Below the pieces are notes generated by a model. The model did no database searches. It was given only the letters and a program-made list of their open reading frames with translations, and had not been told where the DNA came from. Positions 9,990-18,989 of a DNA stretch of 64,000 nucleotides are shown here, one piece after another (the first letter of the stretch is position 1; each line of letters begins with the position of its first letter). Origin of the DNA: Shigella phage SP21535. The translations under genes were made by a program, and so were the position numbers. The stretch lies in the sequence record PQ615101; one strand, 5' to 3'.

Positions 9990-10019
9990 GTTTACATAGG
10001 CTCATGATTGAGATATTAT
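9990..10019 (+). promoter_or_regulatory. early promoter with -10 inside a 10-bp inverted repeat
   Basis: GTTTAC .. ATAGGCTCAT gattgaga TATTAT GAGCCTAT. Confidence 0.55.
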
Positions 10020-10044
10020 GAGCCTATAATTTGAGGAAACTGTT

Positions 10045-10575
10045 ATGTCTCTTTATACCGAACTGAATGAAACTTCCGAAAAATCTTTTGATGGTATCTT
10101 ATCAATAATGCAAAAGCAGGTATTAGAACAGCTTAGTGAAGCCGCAAGCAACGGACATAAGGCTTGTCGAATCCCAAGCCCACATCGTCGCCTGTATGAA
10201 CGCCCTCTTATTAATTGGCTAGAAAGCGAAGGTCTTACAGTTAAGATTTGTCCTGCCAAATTTGATGTCCCACGTATTCTTAATATTTACTGGGATAAAC
10301 CGATTGAGAAACCGATTGAGAAAAGTGAACCTTGGGTTGTCAATGTAAAAACATATGATAATGGATGCTCACTTGAGGTGTCTGCTGTAATTAAAGGCAC
10401 TCACGGTGAAAAATCGTGGGGTTGGCCTGGTAAAGATAAAGAAATCGTGTTAAGTGTAAAAGCTACTAGTATTAGTACTCCTATAGCTAAAAGCATTATC
10501 GCCGCCGCTGTTGAAGAAGCTGAACGAATTTGTAAAATTAAAAATAGTTTACATCTCTTAAATAGCATGATATAA
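10045..10575 (+). CDS. hypothetical protein
   Basis: 176 aa; GAGG SD; contains an in-frame 12-bp tandem duplication (KPIEKPIE). Confidence 0.6.
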   Translation: MSLYTELNETSEKSFDGILSIMQKQVLEQLSEAASNGHKACRIPSPHRRLYERPLINWLESEGLTVKICPAKFDVPRILNIYWDKPIEKPIEKSEPWVVNVKTYDNGCSLEVSAVIKGTHGEKSWGWPGKDKEIVLSVKATSISTPIAKSIIAAAVEEAERICKIKNSLHLLNSMI

Positions 10576-10618
10576 TTCTTCCACAGATTTTAATTTTTAA
10601 TCAACCTAAGGAAATACT

Positions 10619-11212
10619 ATGAACACACTGAAGAAAATTGTTGAGTTTATTCGCACTAAACTTGGTTCTGCTATGGCTAAAAATCTATCTGTTGAAGAAC
10701 AGTATACTGCTGCAGCAGCAAAACTGCTTGATAAAATTAAAGATCTAAAAACTGCTTCTGTTAAATCTATTAATGAAGAAAAACGTATTCGTGAACTTGT
10801 TATCGAAAAGAATCGACAAGCCGAATCAAAAGAGCGTGAAATTCGCAAACTTCTTTCCGAAGGTCAAGATGTAACAATGCATGCTAAGCTCGGTTTACTA
10901 TATCGTCGAACAGCTGAGCAGTTGACTACTAAAGCTGATGGTTATGCTGAAATGCGAATTGAAATCGCCAAGAAAGTAGTTGAGTTAGATGATGCTCGTC
11001 AAGAACTTGCAGTTAAATTGGAATATATCCGTGAAACTCGTGCAGCAAATGCCCTTGGAATTAGTACTGCCGATGATGTAGTTGAAATCGCAGCGCTAAC
11101 TAAGGTTGATATTGAAGATACTCTTGCTCGAGTTGAAACCTTTAACGGTAATATTTCCGGGGTTGAAACTACCTCTGCCGATGTTCAGGAATACATTAAT
11201 TCTCTGAAATAA
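10619..11212 (+). CDS. PspA/IM30-like coiled-coil protein
   Basis: 197 aa, AAGGA SD; extended heptad-rich helices, segment [19 protein letters not shown] resembles PspA family. Confidence 0.5.
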   Translation: MNTLKKIVEFIRTKLGSAMAKNLSVEEQYTAAAAKLLDKIKDLKTASVKSINEEKRIRELVIEKNRQAESKEREIRKLLSEGQDVTMHAKLGLLYRRTAEQLTTKADGYAEMRIEIAKKVVELDDARQELAVKLEYIRETRAANALGISTADDVVEIAALTKVDIEDTLARVETFNGNISGVETTSADVQEYINSLK

Positions 11213-11217
11213 TGATA

Positions 11218-11233
11218 AGGGGCTTCGGCCCCT
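11218..11233 (+). terminator. UUCG-tetraloop hairpin (terminator or RNA stability element)
   Basis: AGGGGC-TTCG-GCCCCT immediately after stop; weak T-run. Confidence 0.5.
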
Positions 11234-11253
11234 ATTACTTGGAGTAAATAGGA

Positions 11254-11862
11254 ATGAAAATGCAAAGTGATTTCAATTCAATGTTTGAAGAGTTCCAAAG
11301 ACAGGTTGATGTTCCAGACCAATTACTAAATGCTCTTAAACGTATGGCAGAAGGACGTAATTACTATTGGGGGTCTTCATATGAAACTGATGAAAGTCTT
11401 TCTGGAAGATTTTCTAGAGGTAAAAAGTCTTTAATACGTCCTGGAATACTCATTAAAAGTATTGAATCAATTCATTCATTGACGTGTGATTTTGATGTTG
11501 AATTTACTGATTTCATTTCTCCTGAATGGACGGTTTGTTATTTAAATGACGATTATGATTATCTTGGCGTTTATAGTTTAAGTGACGCATGGTTTAAACG
11601 TAATTTACAAAAGTCAAATTTGTTCTATATTGATACTACGGTAAAATTTCAGGGAAAGAAATATTTCTTTACTCTTATAGTTGATTCTGAAACAAAGCAT
11701 GAAAATAAACGTATTCTTAGTAAAAAGAATATCTTAACTATTGTTGATGATCTTTTTGATAAATTCGTGGAAAATCCTAATTTTGAAAGCGATTTATTAT
11801 TAGAAAAATTTGTTAAGGAATGTAGAGAATATGTCAAAGCCATCACTATACCTTCCAAGTAA
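11254..11862 (+). CDS. hypothetical protein; C-terminus FVKECREY motif
   Basis: 202 aa; first of four consecutive ORFs ending with F-x-x-(E/D/S)-(C/R)-(R/C)-(K/E). Confidence 0.6.
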   Translation: MKMQSDFNSMFEEFQRQVDVPDQLLNALKRMAEGRNYYWGSSYETDESLSGRFSRGKKSLIRPGILIKSIESIHSLTCDFDVEFTDFISPEWTVCYLNDDYDYLGVYSLSDAWFKRNLQKSNLFYIDTTVKFQGKKYFFTLIVDSETKHENKRILSKKNILTIVDDLFDKFVENPNFESDLLLEKFVKECREYVKAITIPSK

Positions 11863-12223
11863 ACCTGTGAAGTATGAACCAAAGCGTCAGCTAATTTCTA
11901 CTGATGTATTAATAGGTCCTGTTATACTCATATCATTTGTAATTCTATTGATTATTGGAGGTGTTTTAGATGTTATGACTGATATTGATTCTGGCGAAAT
12001 ACTTGTATTAATGCTAATTCTTCCATTAATAGTTCCATTTTTATTAGTACCTGTAAATTGGGTAGGATACTGGTATCAAGGAAGGCATTATCGTAAACGC
12101 GTACGTGATTGGAAAGCACAGTGTAAAAAGATTAAAAAGGAATATCAGCTTAAACTTGCTGCGTATGAATTTGATGAAATTATGAAATTTGTTAAGGAAT
12201 CACGATGCAAAAGCCAAAACTAA
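11831..12223 (+). CDS. membrane protein, paralogue family
   Basis: Track ORF 11810..12223 (TTG); ATG 11831; two TM helices; C-terminus FVKESRCK. Confidence 0.55.
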   Translation: MSKPSLYLPSKPVKYEPKRQLISTDVLIGPVILISFVILLIIGGVLDVMTDIDSGEILVLMLILPLIVPFLLVPVNWVGYWYQGRHYRKRVRDWKAQCKKIKKEYQLKLAAYEFDEIMKFVKESRCKSQN

Positions 12224-12570
12224 ATAAAGTCAAATATTCGCTTCCTGAGTCATTTTTAATTTTTGCTGTGGCGTTGGCTGCAGCTCTTGCGGGTAGTCTT
12301 TTTGGATTGTTAATTGACGACTGTTTTATTTTAAACATCGATGGCACAGTAAATATAATAGAAGTTTGGAGTGAACTTCGCTATACTAAAATTATTTCAT
12401 TATTTTCATTCTTTTGTATCATTCTATATTTTCATTATGATAATTTTAAAATAAATTGGCAAAGAAAAAAGGATTACAAAATACAATTAAAAGAATATAA
12501 TAGCTACATGTCTTATATTGAAAATGAATCAATGAAAGAGTTTGTGAGTGATTGTAGGAAAATCAGATGA
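12205..12570 (+). CDS. membrane protein, paralogue family
   Basis: 121 aa, TM helices, C-terminus FVSDCRKIR. Confidence 0.55.
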   Translation: MQKPKLNKVKYSLPESFLIFAVALAAALAGSLFGLLIDDCFILNIDGTVNIIEVWSELRYTKIISLFSFFCIILYFHYDNFKINWQRKKDYKIQLKEYNSYMSYIENESMKEFVSDCRKIR

Positions 12571-13055
12571 TTTTAAAAACTCGCTGGTATGATTTAGATG
12601 ATGGGGATGATGGCATTCCAGTTGATAGAGTTGACTGGAATGGCTGTTCCGAAGATATGAAAAATTTGCTGATTAGGGAGTTTAGAATGGGATATCAACC
12701 AGTTAAGCCATCTACTGCAACAGATGATAAATTCGTATGTATTCATAATGGTCGCGCTAAATTAACGAACGCTGATTGGTTCACAGATAAAATTATGATT
12801 CTGTGGTATATTATTAGTCTTCCTGTGACATCATTCGTATTTTACTTTTTTATAAAAAATCCAATGGACAGAATAGGAGATTGGATTCTTTTAACCATAC
12901 TTGTTAATATTTTTACAGCAGCAATATTATCTGGGATATGGTACACGTTCATTGAAATGCCATGGCGGCTACGCAGACAACAAAAGATTTTTGATGAAAA
13001 GAAATATACTCAAAATTTAAATAACTTTATCACTGAATGCAGGAAATTAAAATGA
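12567..13055 (+). CDS. membrane protein, paralogue family
   Basis: 162 aa, TM helices, C-terminus FITECRKLK. Confidence 0.55.
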   Translation: MILKTRWYDLDDGDDGIPVDRVDWNGCSEDMKNLLIREFRMGYQPVKPSTATDDKFVCIHNGRAKLTNADWFTDKIMILWYIISLPVTSFVFYFFIKNPMDRIGDWILLTILVNIFTAAILSGIWYTFIEMPWRLRRQQKIFDEKKYTQNLNNFITECRKLK

Positions 13056-13492
13056 AAACACTATCAGCTGGTATTATCTTTATGACAGAAGATAAAGATT
13101 TATTCATGGGACGGGTTACTGGTTCTCGTAAGCCTGGAATGATGGCACATCGCTGGGATATCCCAAAGGGCCGCGTAGAAAATTCTGATTTAAGCGCACT
13201 AGATGCAGCACGAAGAGAATGTTTAGAAGAGACTGGTTTTAGCAATTATAATCCAGACCTTCTAGAAGACCTAGGTGTATTTAAATATTCTAGTAATAAA
13301 GACTTACAGTTATTTTATTATACGATTCCAGTAGAGCATGAGATGTTTAGAAATTGCCATTGCGAGTCTTATTTTGAAAATAAAGATGGCGTTATGATTC
13401 CAGAGATGGACGCTTTTGCTCTTATTCCTCGTACTCAGTGGCAATATGTGATGGGTCCTTCACTTTACCGAATAATGAACAACCTCTTTTAA
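13052..13492 (+). CDS. nudE: Nudix hydrolase NudE
   Basis: Nudix box GRVENSDLSALDAARRECLEETGF; track ORF 13037..13492, ATG 13052 has the better SD. Confidence 0.85.
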   Translation: MKTLSAGIIFMTEDKDLFMGRVTGSRKPGMMAHRWDIPKGRVENSDLSALDAARRECLEETGFSNYNPDLLEDLGVFKYSSNKDLQLFYYTIPVEHEMFRNCHCESYFENKDGVMIPEMDAFALIPRTQWQYVMGPSLYRIMNNLF

Positions 13493-14023
<531 letters not shown>

Positions 14024-14027
14024 AGTT

Positions 14028-14057
14028 GTTTACTTTCTCCTAGAACTGTGATAGTAT
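14028..14057 (+). promoter_or_regulatory. early promoter with -10 inside inverted repeat
   Basis: GTTTAC..AACTGTGA TAGTATAT TCACAGTT. Confidence 0.55.
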
Positions 14058-14100
14058 ATTCACAGTTACTAATTAAAATATTTACATTTAAAGGAAACAT

Positions 14101-14575
14101 ATGAAAACATATCAAGAATTTATTACTGAAGCAGCTATTAATTCTCAAAATTATTGCTGAATCTTTTACTGATCTTTTGAAATTTAAAAAAGGACAGAAA
14201 ATTACTGCTGTATTAGATGATGGTACAGAAGTTGAGATGGATGTACAGGGATATAATTATGCAGTAGATGGAAAACTGTATAATAAATCTCATGCTAAAT
14301 TTGATTCATTTGATGATTTTGTTAATACAGTTGAAGATGAAAAAACTCGTCGATCCATTGCAACTGGTGATGCTAAGGTTCTTATGGCGCATGGACATGA
14401 ACGTATTCGCGCTAAACAGAATAAAATGGGTGAAGATAATTTCGCATTAGTTGGTTATCAATCTGGTAAACAAACTTATGGTTATCAGCGTACTGCTACC
14501 ATGTATAATAAAAATGGTAAAATCGCTTTCGTGAATAGTAAAGGTTCTATTCAGTACGTTAAATCGTTCAAATAA
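14101..14575 (+). pseudogene. internal-protein-like gene (MKTYQEFITEA targeting motif) interrupted by a frameshift
   Basis: ATG frame stops after 19 codons (..AINSQNYC*); downstream 132-aa frame is open from 14105 but has no ATG; shift maps near A4 run 14147-14150. Confidence 0.5.
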
Positions 14576-14716
14576 TATGGGAACAACCTGGACCTCATGA
14601 TTCTGTGAGGGATTCCCGCCAACCTGTAATAAGGTCGAGCCCAAGTGCGGTAATGGGTAAATACAGAAATGGACAATTCATGCGCCATGGAATGGCCCAA
14701 ATTTAGAGAGAATAAA

Positions 14717-15259
14717 ATGAGAACATTTTTAACTGGTCCTTATCTATCCCTGATGAATGCTTTTACACACCATTCTGATGCTAGAGTAGAAGAAATTTGT
14801 AATAGTGGATTTTATGTACCTGATTCGTCGCATTTATTTAAAGAATATTGTACACTTCGACTAGACGGTGGACGTCAATCCGGTAAATCAACTGCAGTAA
14901 CTAATTTTGCCGCTAATTGGTTGTATGATGGTGGAACAGTTATTGTTCTTTCTAATACTTCAGCTTACGCTAAAATTTCTGCGGGCCGCATTAAAAAAGA
15001 ATTTTCTCGTTATTCTAGCGATGATATTCGATTCCGTTTATTTACTGATTCTGTCCGTAGTTTTGTTGGTAATAGAGGTAGCAAGTTCAGAGGTTTATCG
15101 CTTTCTCGAATTTTGTATATAATCGATGAGCCTGTTAAATCTCCTGATATGGATAAAATTTACGATATTCATATTGAAACTGTGCAACACTGCTGCAATA
15201 GTAAATGCTGCATTGGTGGTATTACTCGTCCACAGTTTTTCATAATCGGAATGCAATGA
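14717..15259 (+). CDS. P-loop NTPase-like protein
   Basis: Walker A GGRQSGKST; track ORF 14669..15259, ATG 14717 has GAGAG SD. Confidence 0.55.
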   Translation: MRTFLTGPYLSLMNAFTHHSDARVEEICNSGFYVPDSSHLFKEYCTLRLDGGRQSGKSTAVTNFAANWLYDGGTVIVLSNTSAYAKISAGRIKKEFSRYSSDDIRFRLFTDSVRSFVGNRGSKFRGLSLSRILYIIDEPVKSPDMDKIYDIHIETVQHCCNSKCCIGGITRPQFFIIGMQ

Positions 15260-15585
15260 TGACAGACACGCAACTTTTCGAATATCTTTATTTTTCGCCA
15301 AAAACTATTAAAAATAAATTGGTGAATCATTTTGAAATTTTGGCAAATAACAACGTCTTGAGCGAATTTTATCCTAAGCAATACAAATTACAAAAAGGTG
15401 TATTTAAAGGATGTAGAGTTTTGTGTACTGCTCCTAATGCAAGGTTAATGAATAAAATTCCATATTTTACTATGGAATTTATTGATGGTCCTTTTAAAGG
15501 ACTAATCACCCAAAGTTTAATGGCATATGATTCTGAGCCATTTTTAATTAAAGAACAATCTTGGATAAATTTATTTTCTAATTGA
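15256..15585 (+). CDS. hypothetical protein
   Basis: Track ORF 15205..15585; ATG 15256 overlaps upstream stop. Confidence 0.5.
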   Translation: MMTDTQLFEYLYFSPKTIKNKLVNHFEILANNNVLSEFYPKQYKLQKGVFKGCRVLCTAPNARLMNKIPYFTMEFIDGPFKGLITQSLMAYDSEPFLIKEQSWINLFSN

Positions 15586-15591
15586 GGTTAT

Positions 15592-15954
15592 ATGAAAGCA
15601 TATCAAATTCTTGAAGGCACACATAAAGGTACTATTTATTTTGAAGACGGTATTCAAGCACGAATTATTGTCTCTAAAACTTTTAAAGAGGACTCTTTTG
15701 TAGACCCAGAAATTTTCTATGGTTTGCATGCCCGTGAAATTGAAATTGAAACACAACCTACAGTTAAAATTGAAGGTGGTCAGCACCTGAACGTTAACGT
15801 TCTGCGTCGTGAAACTCTGGAAGATGCAGTTAAGCATCCGGAAAAATATCCGCAGCTGACCATCCGTGTATCCGGATACGCAGTTCGCTTTAACTCTCTG
15901 ACTCCGGAACAGCAACGCGACGTTATTGCTCGTACCTTTACTGAGAGTTTGTAA
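15592..15954 (+). CDS. autonomous glycyl-radical cofactor (GrcA/YfiD-like)
   Basis: C-terminal 60 aa nearly identical to the E. coli YfiD glycyl radical domain: [55 protein letters not shown]. Confidence 0.85.
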   Translation: MKAYQILEGTHKGTIYFEDGIQARIIVSKTFKEDSFVDPEIFYGLHAREIEIETQPTVKIEGGQHLNVNVLRRETLEDAVKHPEKYPQLTIRVSGYAVRFNSLTPEQQRDVIARTFTESL

Positions 15955-16175
15955 TGGCAAAGATAATTATTGAAGGTTCTGAAGATGTGCTAAATGCTTT
16001 CGCCGAGTGGTTTAGTAATTCAGGCGAACAGCAATTTAATGAAGCGTGGAACATGGGTGATATTAGTGGAATTTATCCTACGACAGAAATTTCTGTTCAA
16101 GGATATGGAATTCATGAACCTATTCGTTTAGTTGAATATGATTTGGGAACAGGTGAGGAAGTAAAATATGATTGA
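15954..16175 (+). CDS. hypothetical protein
   Basis: 73 aa acidic ORF, translationally coupled to neighbours. Confidence 0.5.
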   Translation: MAKIIIEGSEDVLNAFAEWFSNSGEQQFNEAWNMGDISGIYPTTEISVQGYGIHEPIRLVEYDLGTGEEVKYD

Positions 16176-16434
16176 AGACATTAAAGGTTATAAGCCACAT
16201 ACTGACGATAAAATCAGTAAAGTGAATGCTATCAAAGACGCTGAAGTTCGTTTAGGACTTATCTTTGATGCTTTATACGATGAATTCTGGGAAGCATTAG
16301 ATAATTGTGAAGACTGCGAATTCGCAAAGAATTATGCTGAAAGCCTCGATCAGTTAACTATTGCTAAAACGAAACTCAAAGAAGCCAGTATGTGGGCTTG
16401 TCGTGCTGTGTTCCAACCAGAGGAAAAATACTAA
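16168..16434 (+). CDS. hypothetical protein
   Basis: 88 aa ORF. Confidence 0.5.
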   Translation: MIEDIKGYKPHTDDKISKVNAIKDAEVRLGLIFDALYDEFWEALDNCEDCEFAKNYAESLDQLTIAKTKLKEASMWACRAVFQPEEKY

Positions 16435-16711
16435 TGGCTCAATTAAGCGCAGGGTTTGGTTATGAGTATTATACTGCCCTCGTCGTGTATCTGTTGCTCC
16501 TAAGAAAATTCAAAGTCTTGATGACTTCCAGGAAGTAGTTCGTAACGCTTTCCAGGACTATGCACGTTATCTTAAAGAAGATTCACAGGACTGTCTCGAA
16601 GAAGATGAAATTGCTTACTATGAGCAGCGTCTTGAACAGCTCAAAAATCTACATGAGGTTCGTGCAGAAGTTTCAAAGTCTATGAATAAATTGATTAGAT
16701 TTAAAGAATAA
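16434..16711 (+). pseudogene. small gene upstream of regB with a frameshift (possible pseudogene, recoding site or sequence error)
   Basis: ATG 16434 frame stops after 34 codons; the -1 frame codes a clean 81-codon segment (..[31 protein letters not shown]..) with no start; junction near CCC run 16476-16478. Confidence 0.45.
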
Positions 16712-16713
16712 CT

Positions 16714-16743
16714 GTTTACTTTTCCTCTTGACTGTGGTATAAT
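16714..16743 (+). promoter_or_regulatory. early promoter
   Basis: GTTTAC / TTGACT then TGGTATAAT. Confidence 0.6.
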
Positions 16744-16770
16744 TTTTCTATCAGTTAAGAGGAGAATAAC

Positions 16771-17232
16771 ATGACTATCAATACAGAAGTTTTTATCCGT
16801 CGAAATAAGCTCCGTCGTCACTTTGAGTCGGAGTTTCGTCAAATTAACAATGAGATTCGTGAGGCATCAAAAGCAGCAGGGGTCTCATCGTTTCATCTAA
16901 AATATTCTCAACATCTTCTTGATCGTGCAATTCAACGGGAGATTGATGAGACATACGTTTTTGAATTATTCCATAAAATAAAAGACCATGTTTTAGAAGT
17001 TAATGAATTCCTGAGTATGCCTCCGCGTCCTGACATTGACGAGGATTTTATTGATGGGGTTGAATATCGTCCTGGACGTTTAGAAATCACAGATGGAAAT
17101 CTTTGGCTTGGATTTACAGTTTGTAAACCTAACGCGAAGTTCAAAGACCCGTCACTTCAATGTAGGATGGCAATTATCAACAGTCGTCGTTTACCAGGAA
17201 AGGCTTCTAAAGCAGTAATTAAAACTCAATGA
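16771..17232 (+). CDS. regB: RegB site-specific endoribonuclease
   Basis: 153 aa, matches T4 RegB as I recall it (MTINTEVFIRRNKLRRHFESEFRQ..). Confidence 0.9.
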   Translation: MTINTEVFIRRNKLRRHFESEFRQINNEIREASKAAGVSSFHLKYSQHLLDRAIQREIDETYVFELFHKIKDHVLEVNEFLSMPPRPDIDEDFIDGVEYRPGRLEITDGNLWLGFTVCKPNAKFKDPSLQCRMAIINSRRLPGKASKAVIKTQ

Positions 17233-17239
17233 GGTAAGC

Positions 17240-17785
17240 ATGAGAAAAGCACTACTCGCTGGTCTATTGGCCATTTCAATGATGGCACATAGCTCCGAGC
17301 ATACTTTCAGTAATGTCCAACTCGATAACATGCGTTACGCGTATCAATTCGGGGAACAGTTTTCTAAGGATGGAAAATATAAAACACATAAAAATATCCA
17401 CAAGAGCGGATTAGGTTATATAATGGCTGCTATTTTATGGCAAGAAAGCTCTGGCGGAGTTAATTTAAAATCTAAACCAAAGCATCACGCTTACGGAATG
17501 TTCCAAAATTATTTGCCTACTATGCGAGCGAGAGTTAAGGAACTTGGTTATAATATGACCGATGCTGAAATAAAAAGAATGTTGAATAAACGATCCAATT
17601 CAGCTTCCTGGGCGTACATTGAACTTTCTTATTGGTTAAATATACATAAGGGCGATATAAGAAAAGCAATATCCTCTTATAATTCGGGATGGAATGTTAA
17701 AGCTGGTTCTAAATATGCTTCTGAAGTCCTAGAAAAGGCTAATTACCTTAAAAATAATAAACTTTTGGAAATAGTAAATGACTAA
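17240..17785 (+). CDS. secreted lytic transglycosylase-like protein
   Basis: Signal peptide MRKALLAGLLAISMMAHS; WQESSGG motif typical of SLT domains. Confidence 0.6.
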   Translation: MRKALLAGLLAISMMAHSSEHTFSNVQLDNMRYAYQFGEQFSKDGKYKTHKNIHKSGLGYIMAAILWQESSGGVNLKSKPKHHAYGMFQNYLPTMRARVKELGYNMTDAEIKRMLNKRSNSASWAYIELSYWLNIHKGDIRKAISSYNSGWNVKAGSKYASEVLEKANYLKNNKLLEIVND

Positions 17786-18125
17786 AATTTTGGTTTTATG
17801 TATAGGATTAATTTCATTTTCTGCTTCTGCGTCAGCAGATACATCATATACTGAAATTAGAGAATATGTAAATCGCACTGCGGCAGATTATTGTGGGAAA
17901 AATAAAGCATGCCAAGCTGAATTTGCGCAGAAATTAATATATGCATATAAAGACGGAGAAAGAGATAAATCAAGCAGATACAAAAACGATACATTATTAA
18001 AACGATATGCTAAAAAGTGGAATACCTTAGAATGTTCAGTTGCGGAGGAGAAAGATAAAGCCGCTTGTCATTCAATGGTTGACCGTTTGGTAGATTCTTA
18101 TAATCGAGGATTGAGTACTAGATGA
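17778..18125 (+). CDS. vs: Vs (valyl-tRNA synthetase modifier) homologue
   Basis: 115 aa, same length as T4 Vs, positioned between regB and tk. Confidence 0.6.
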   Translation: MTKILVLCIGLISFSASASADTSYTEIREYVNRTAADYCGKNKACQAEFAQKLIYAYKDGERDKSSRYKNDTLLKRYAKKWNTLECSVAEEKDKAACHSMVDRLVDSYNRGLSTR

Positions 18126-18589
18126 TTGTAAAATATATCAAGGGCGATATTGTCGCCCTTTTCGCTGAAGGTAAAAATATTGCGCATGGATGCAATTGTT
18201 TTCATACTATGGGTTCAGGCGTAGCGGGTCAATTAACCAAAGCTTTCCCTAAAATTTTGGAAGCTGATAAATTACAGACTGAATGGGGTGATGTAACTAA
18301 ACTTGGTTCTTACTCAGTCTATGAAAAATACTTTAGGACTCATAAAGCGTATTGCTTCAACCTTTATACTCAATTTCAACCAGGGCCAAATTTTGAGTAT
18401 TCCGCTTTAATGAATTGTATGTTAGAATTAAATGAGTTTGGTGAAAATAAACTGATTAAACCTACAATCTATATGCCTAGGATTGGTGCAGGCATAGGTA
18501 AAGGGAACTGGGATATTATTGAGGGGATTTTAGATACATATTCCTCTAAATTAGAAATTGTGATTGTTGATTGGGAACCATTATTATGA
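18122..18589 (+). CDS. macro-domain-like protein
   Basis: NIAHGCNCFHTMGSGVAGQL resembles the macro domain glycine-rich motif; later YMPRIGAGIGKGNW resembles the second motif. Confidence 0.5.
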   Translation: MIVKYIKGDIVALFAEGKNIAHGCNCFHTMGSGVAGQLTKAFPKILEADKLQTEWGDVTKLGSYSVYEKYFRTHKAYCFNLYTQFQPGPNFEYSALMNCMLELNEFGENKLIKPTIYMPRIGAGIGKGNWDIIEGILDTYSSKLEIVIVDWEPLL

Positions 18590-18798
18590 ATATACATTAT
18601 CCACATCCATATGACCCAAAGAATAAGGCAGTAATTATTCGTCAATGGGAACGCATTTGCCGTACTAAATGTCCAATTAATAGTCCACACGATGTAGATA
18701 AAGACTACATTGGAACATTCGTTGAATATACCTTTATTGATAGGAAAGGTCGTAAACAACATGTAGAAGAATATTGCTTAAAGGTTACATGGTTATGA
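18586..18798 (+). CDS. hypothetical protein
   Basis: Track ORF 18571..18798 (TTG); ATG 18586 overlaps upstream stop. Confidence 0.5.
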   Translation: MNIHYPHPYDPKNKAVIIRQWERICRTKCPINSPHDVDKDYIGTFVEYTFIDRKGRKQHVEEYCLKVTWL

Positions 18799-18980
18799 GT
18801 CTGAGTAAAGAACAAAAAGATAAATTGTTTGAGCTTATCCATGAACTTCTAGATGAGCATACAGAAGCAAACACCTTTTATGATGAATACGGCCCGCTAT
18901 CTCCCGAACAGCAAGAAGAATTTGCTGACCGGTTTGATAAGAAAGAAAACGAATTAATAGCTTATGTGAATACGCTTTAA
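18789..18980 (+). CDS. hypothetical protein
   Basis: Track ORF 18774..18980 (TTG); ATG 18789 behind AAAGG. Confidence 0.5.
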   Translation: MVMSLSKEQKDKLFELIHELLDEHTEANTFYDEYGPLSPEQQEEFADRFDKKENELIAYVNTL

Positions 18981-18989
18981 GAAGGTGAT

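Noticed and set aside
14576-15259. Assigning denV (endonuclease V) to an ORF between the ip-like gene and regB
   Set aside because: No ORF in this interval resembles the T4 DenV sequence I recall; I cannot tell from sequence alone whether it is absent or diverged, so no call was made.
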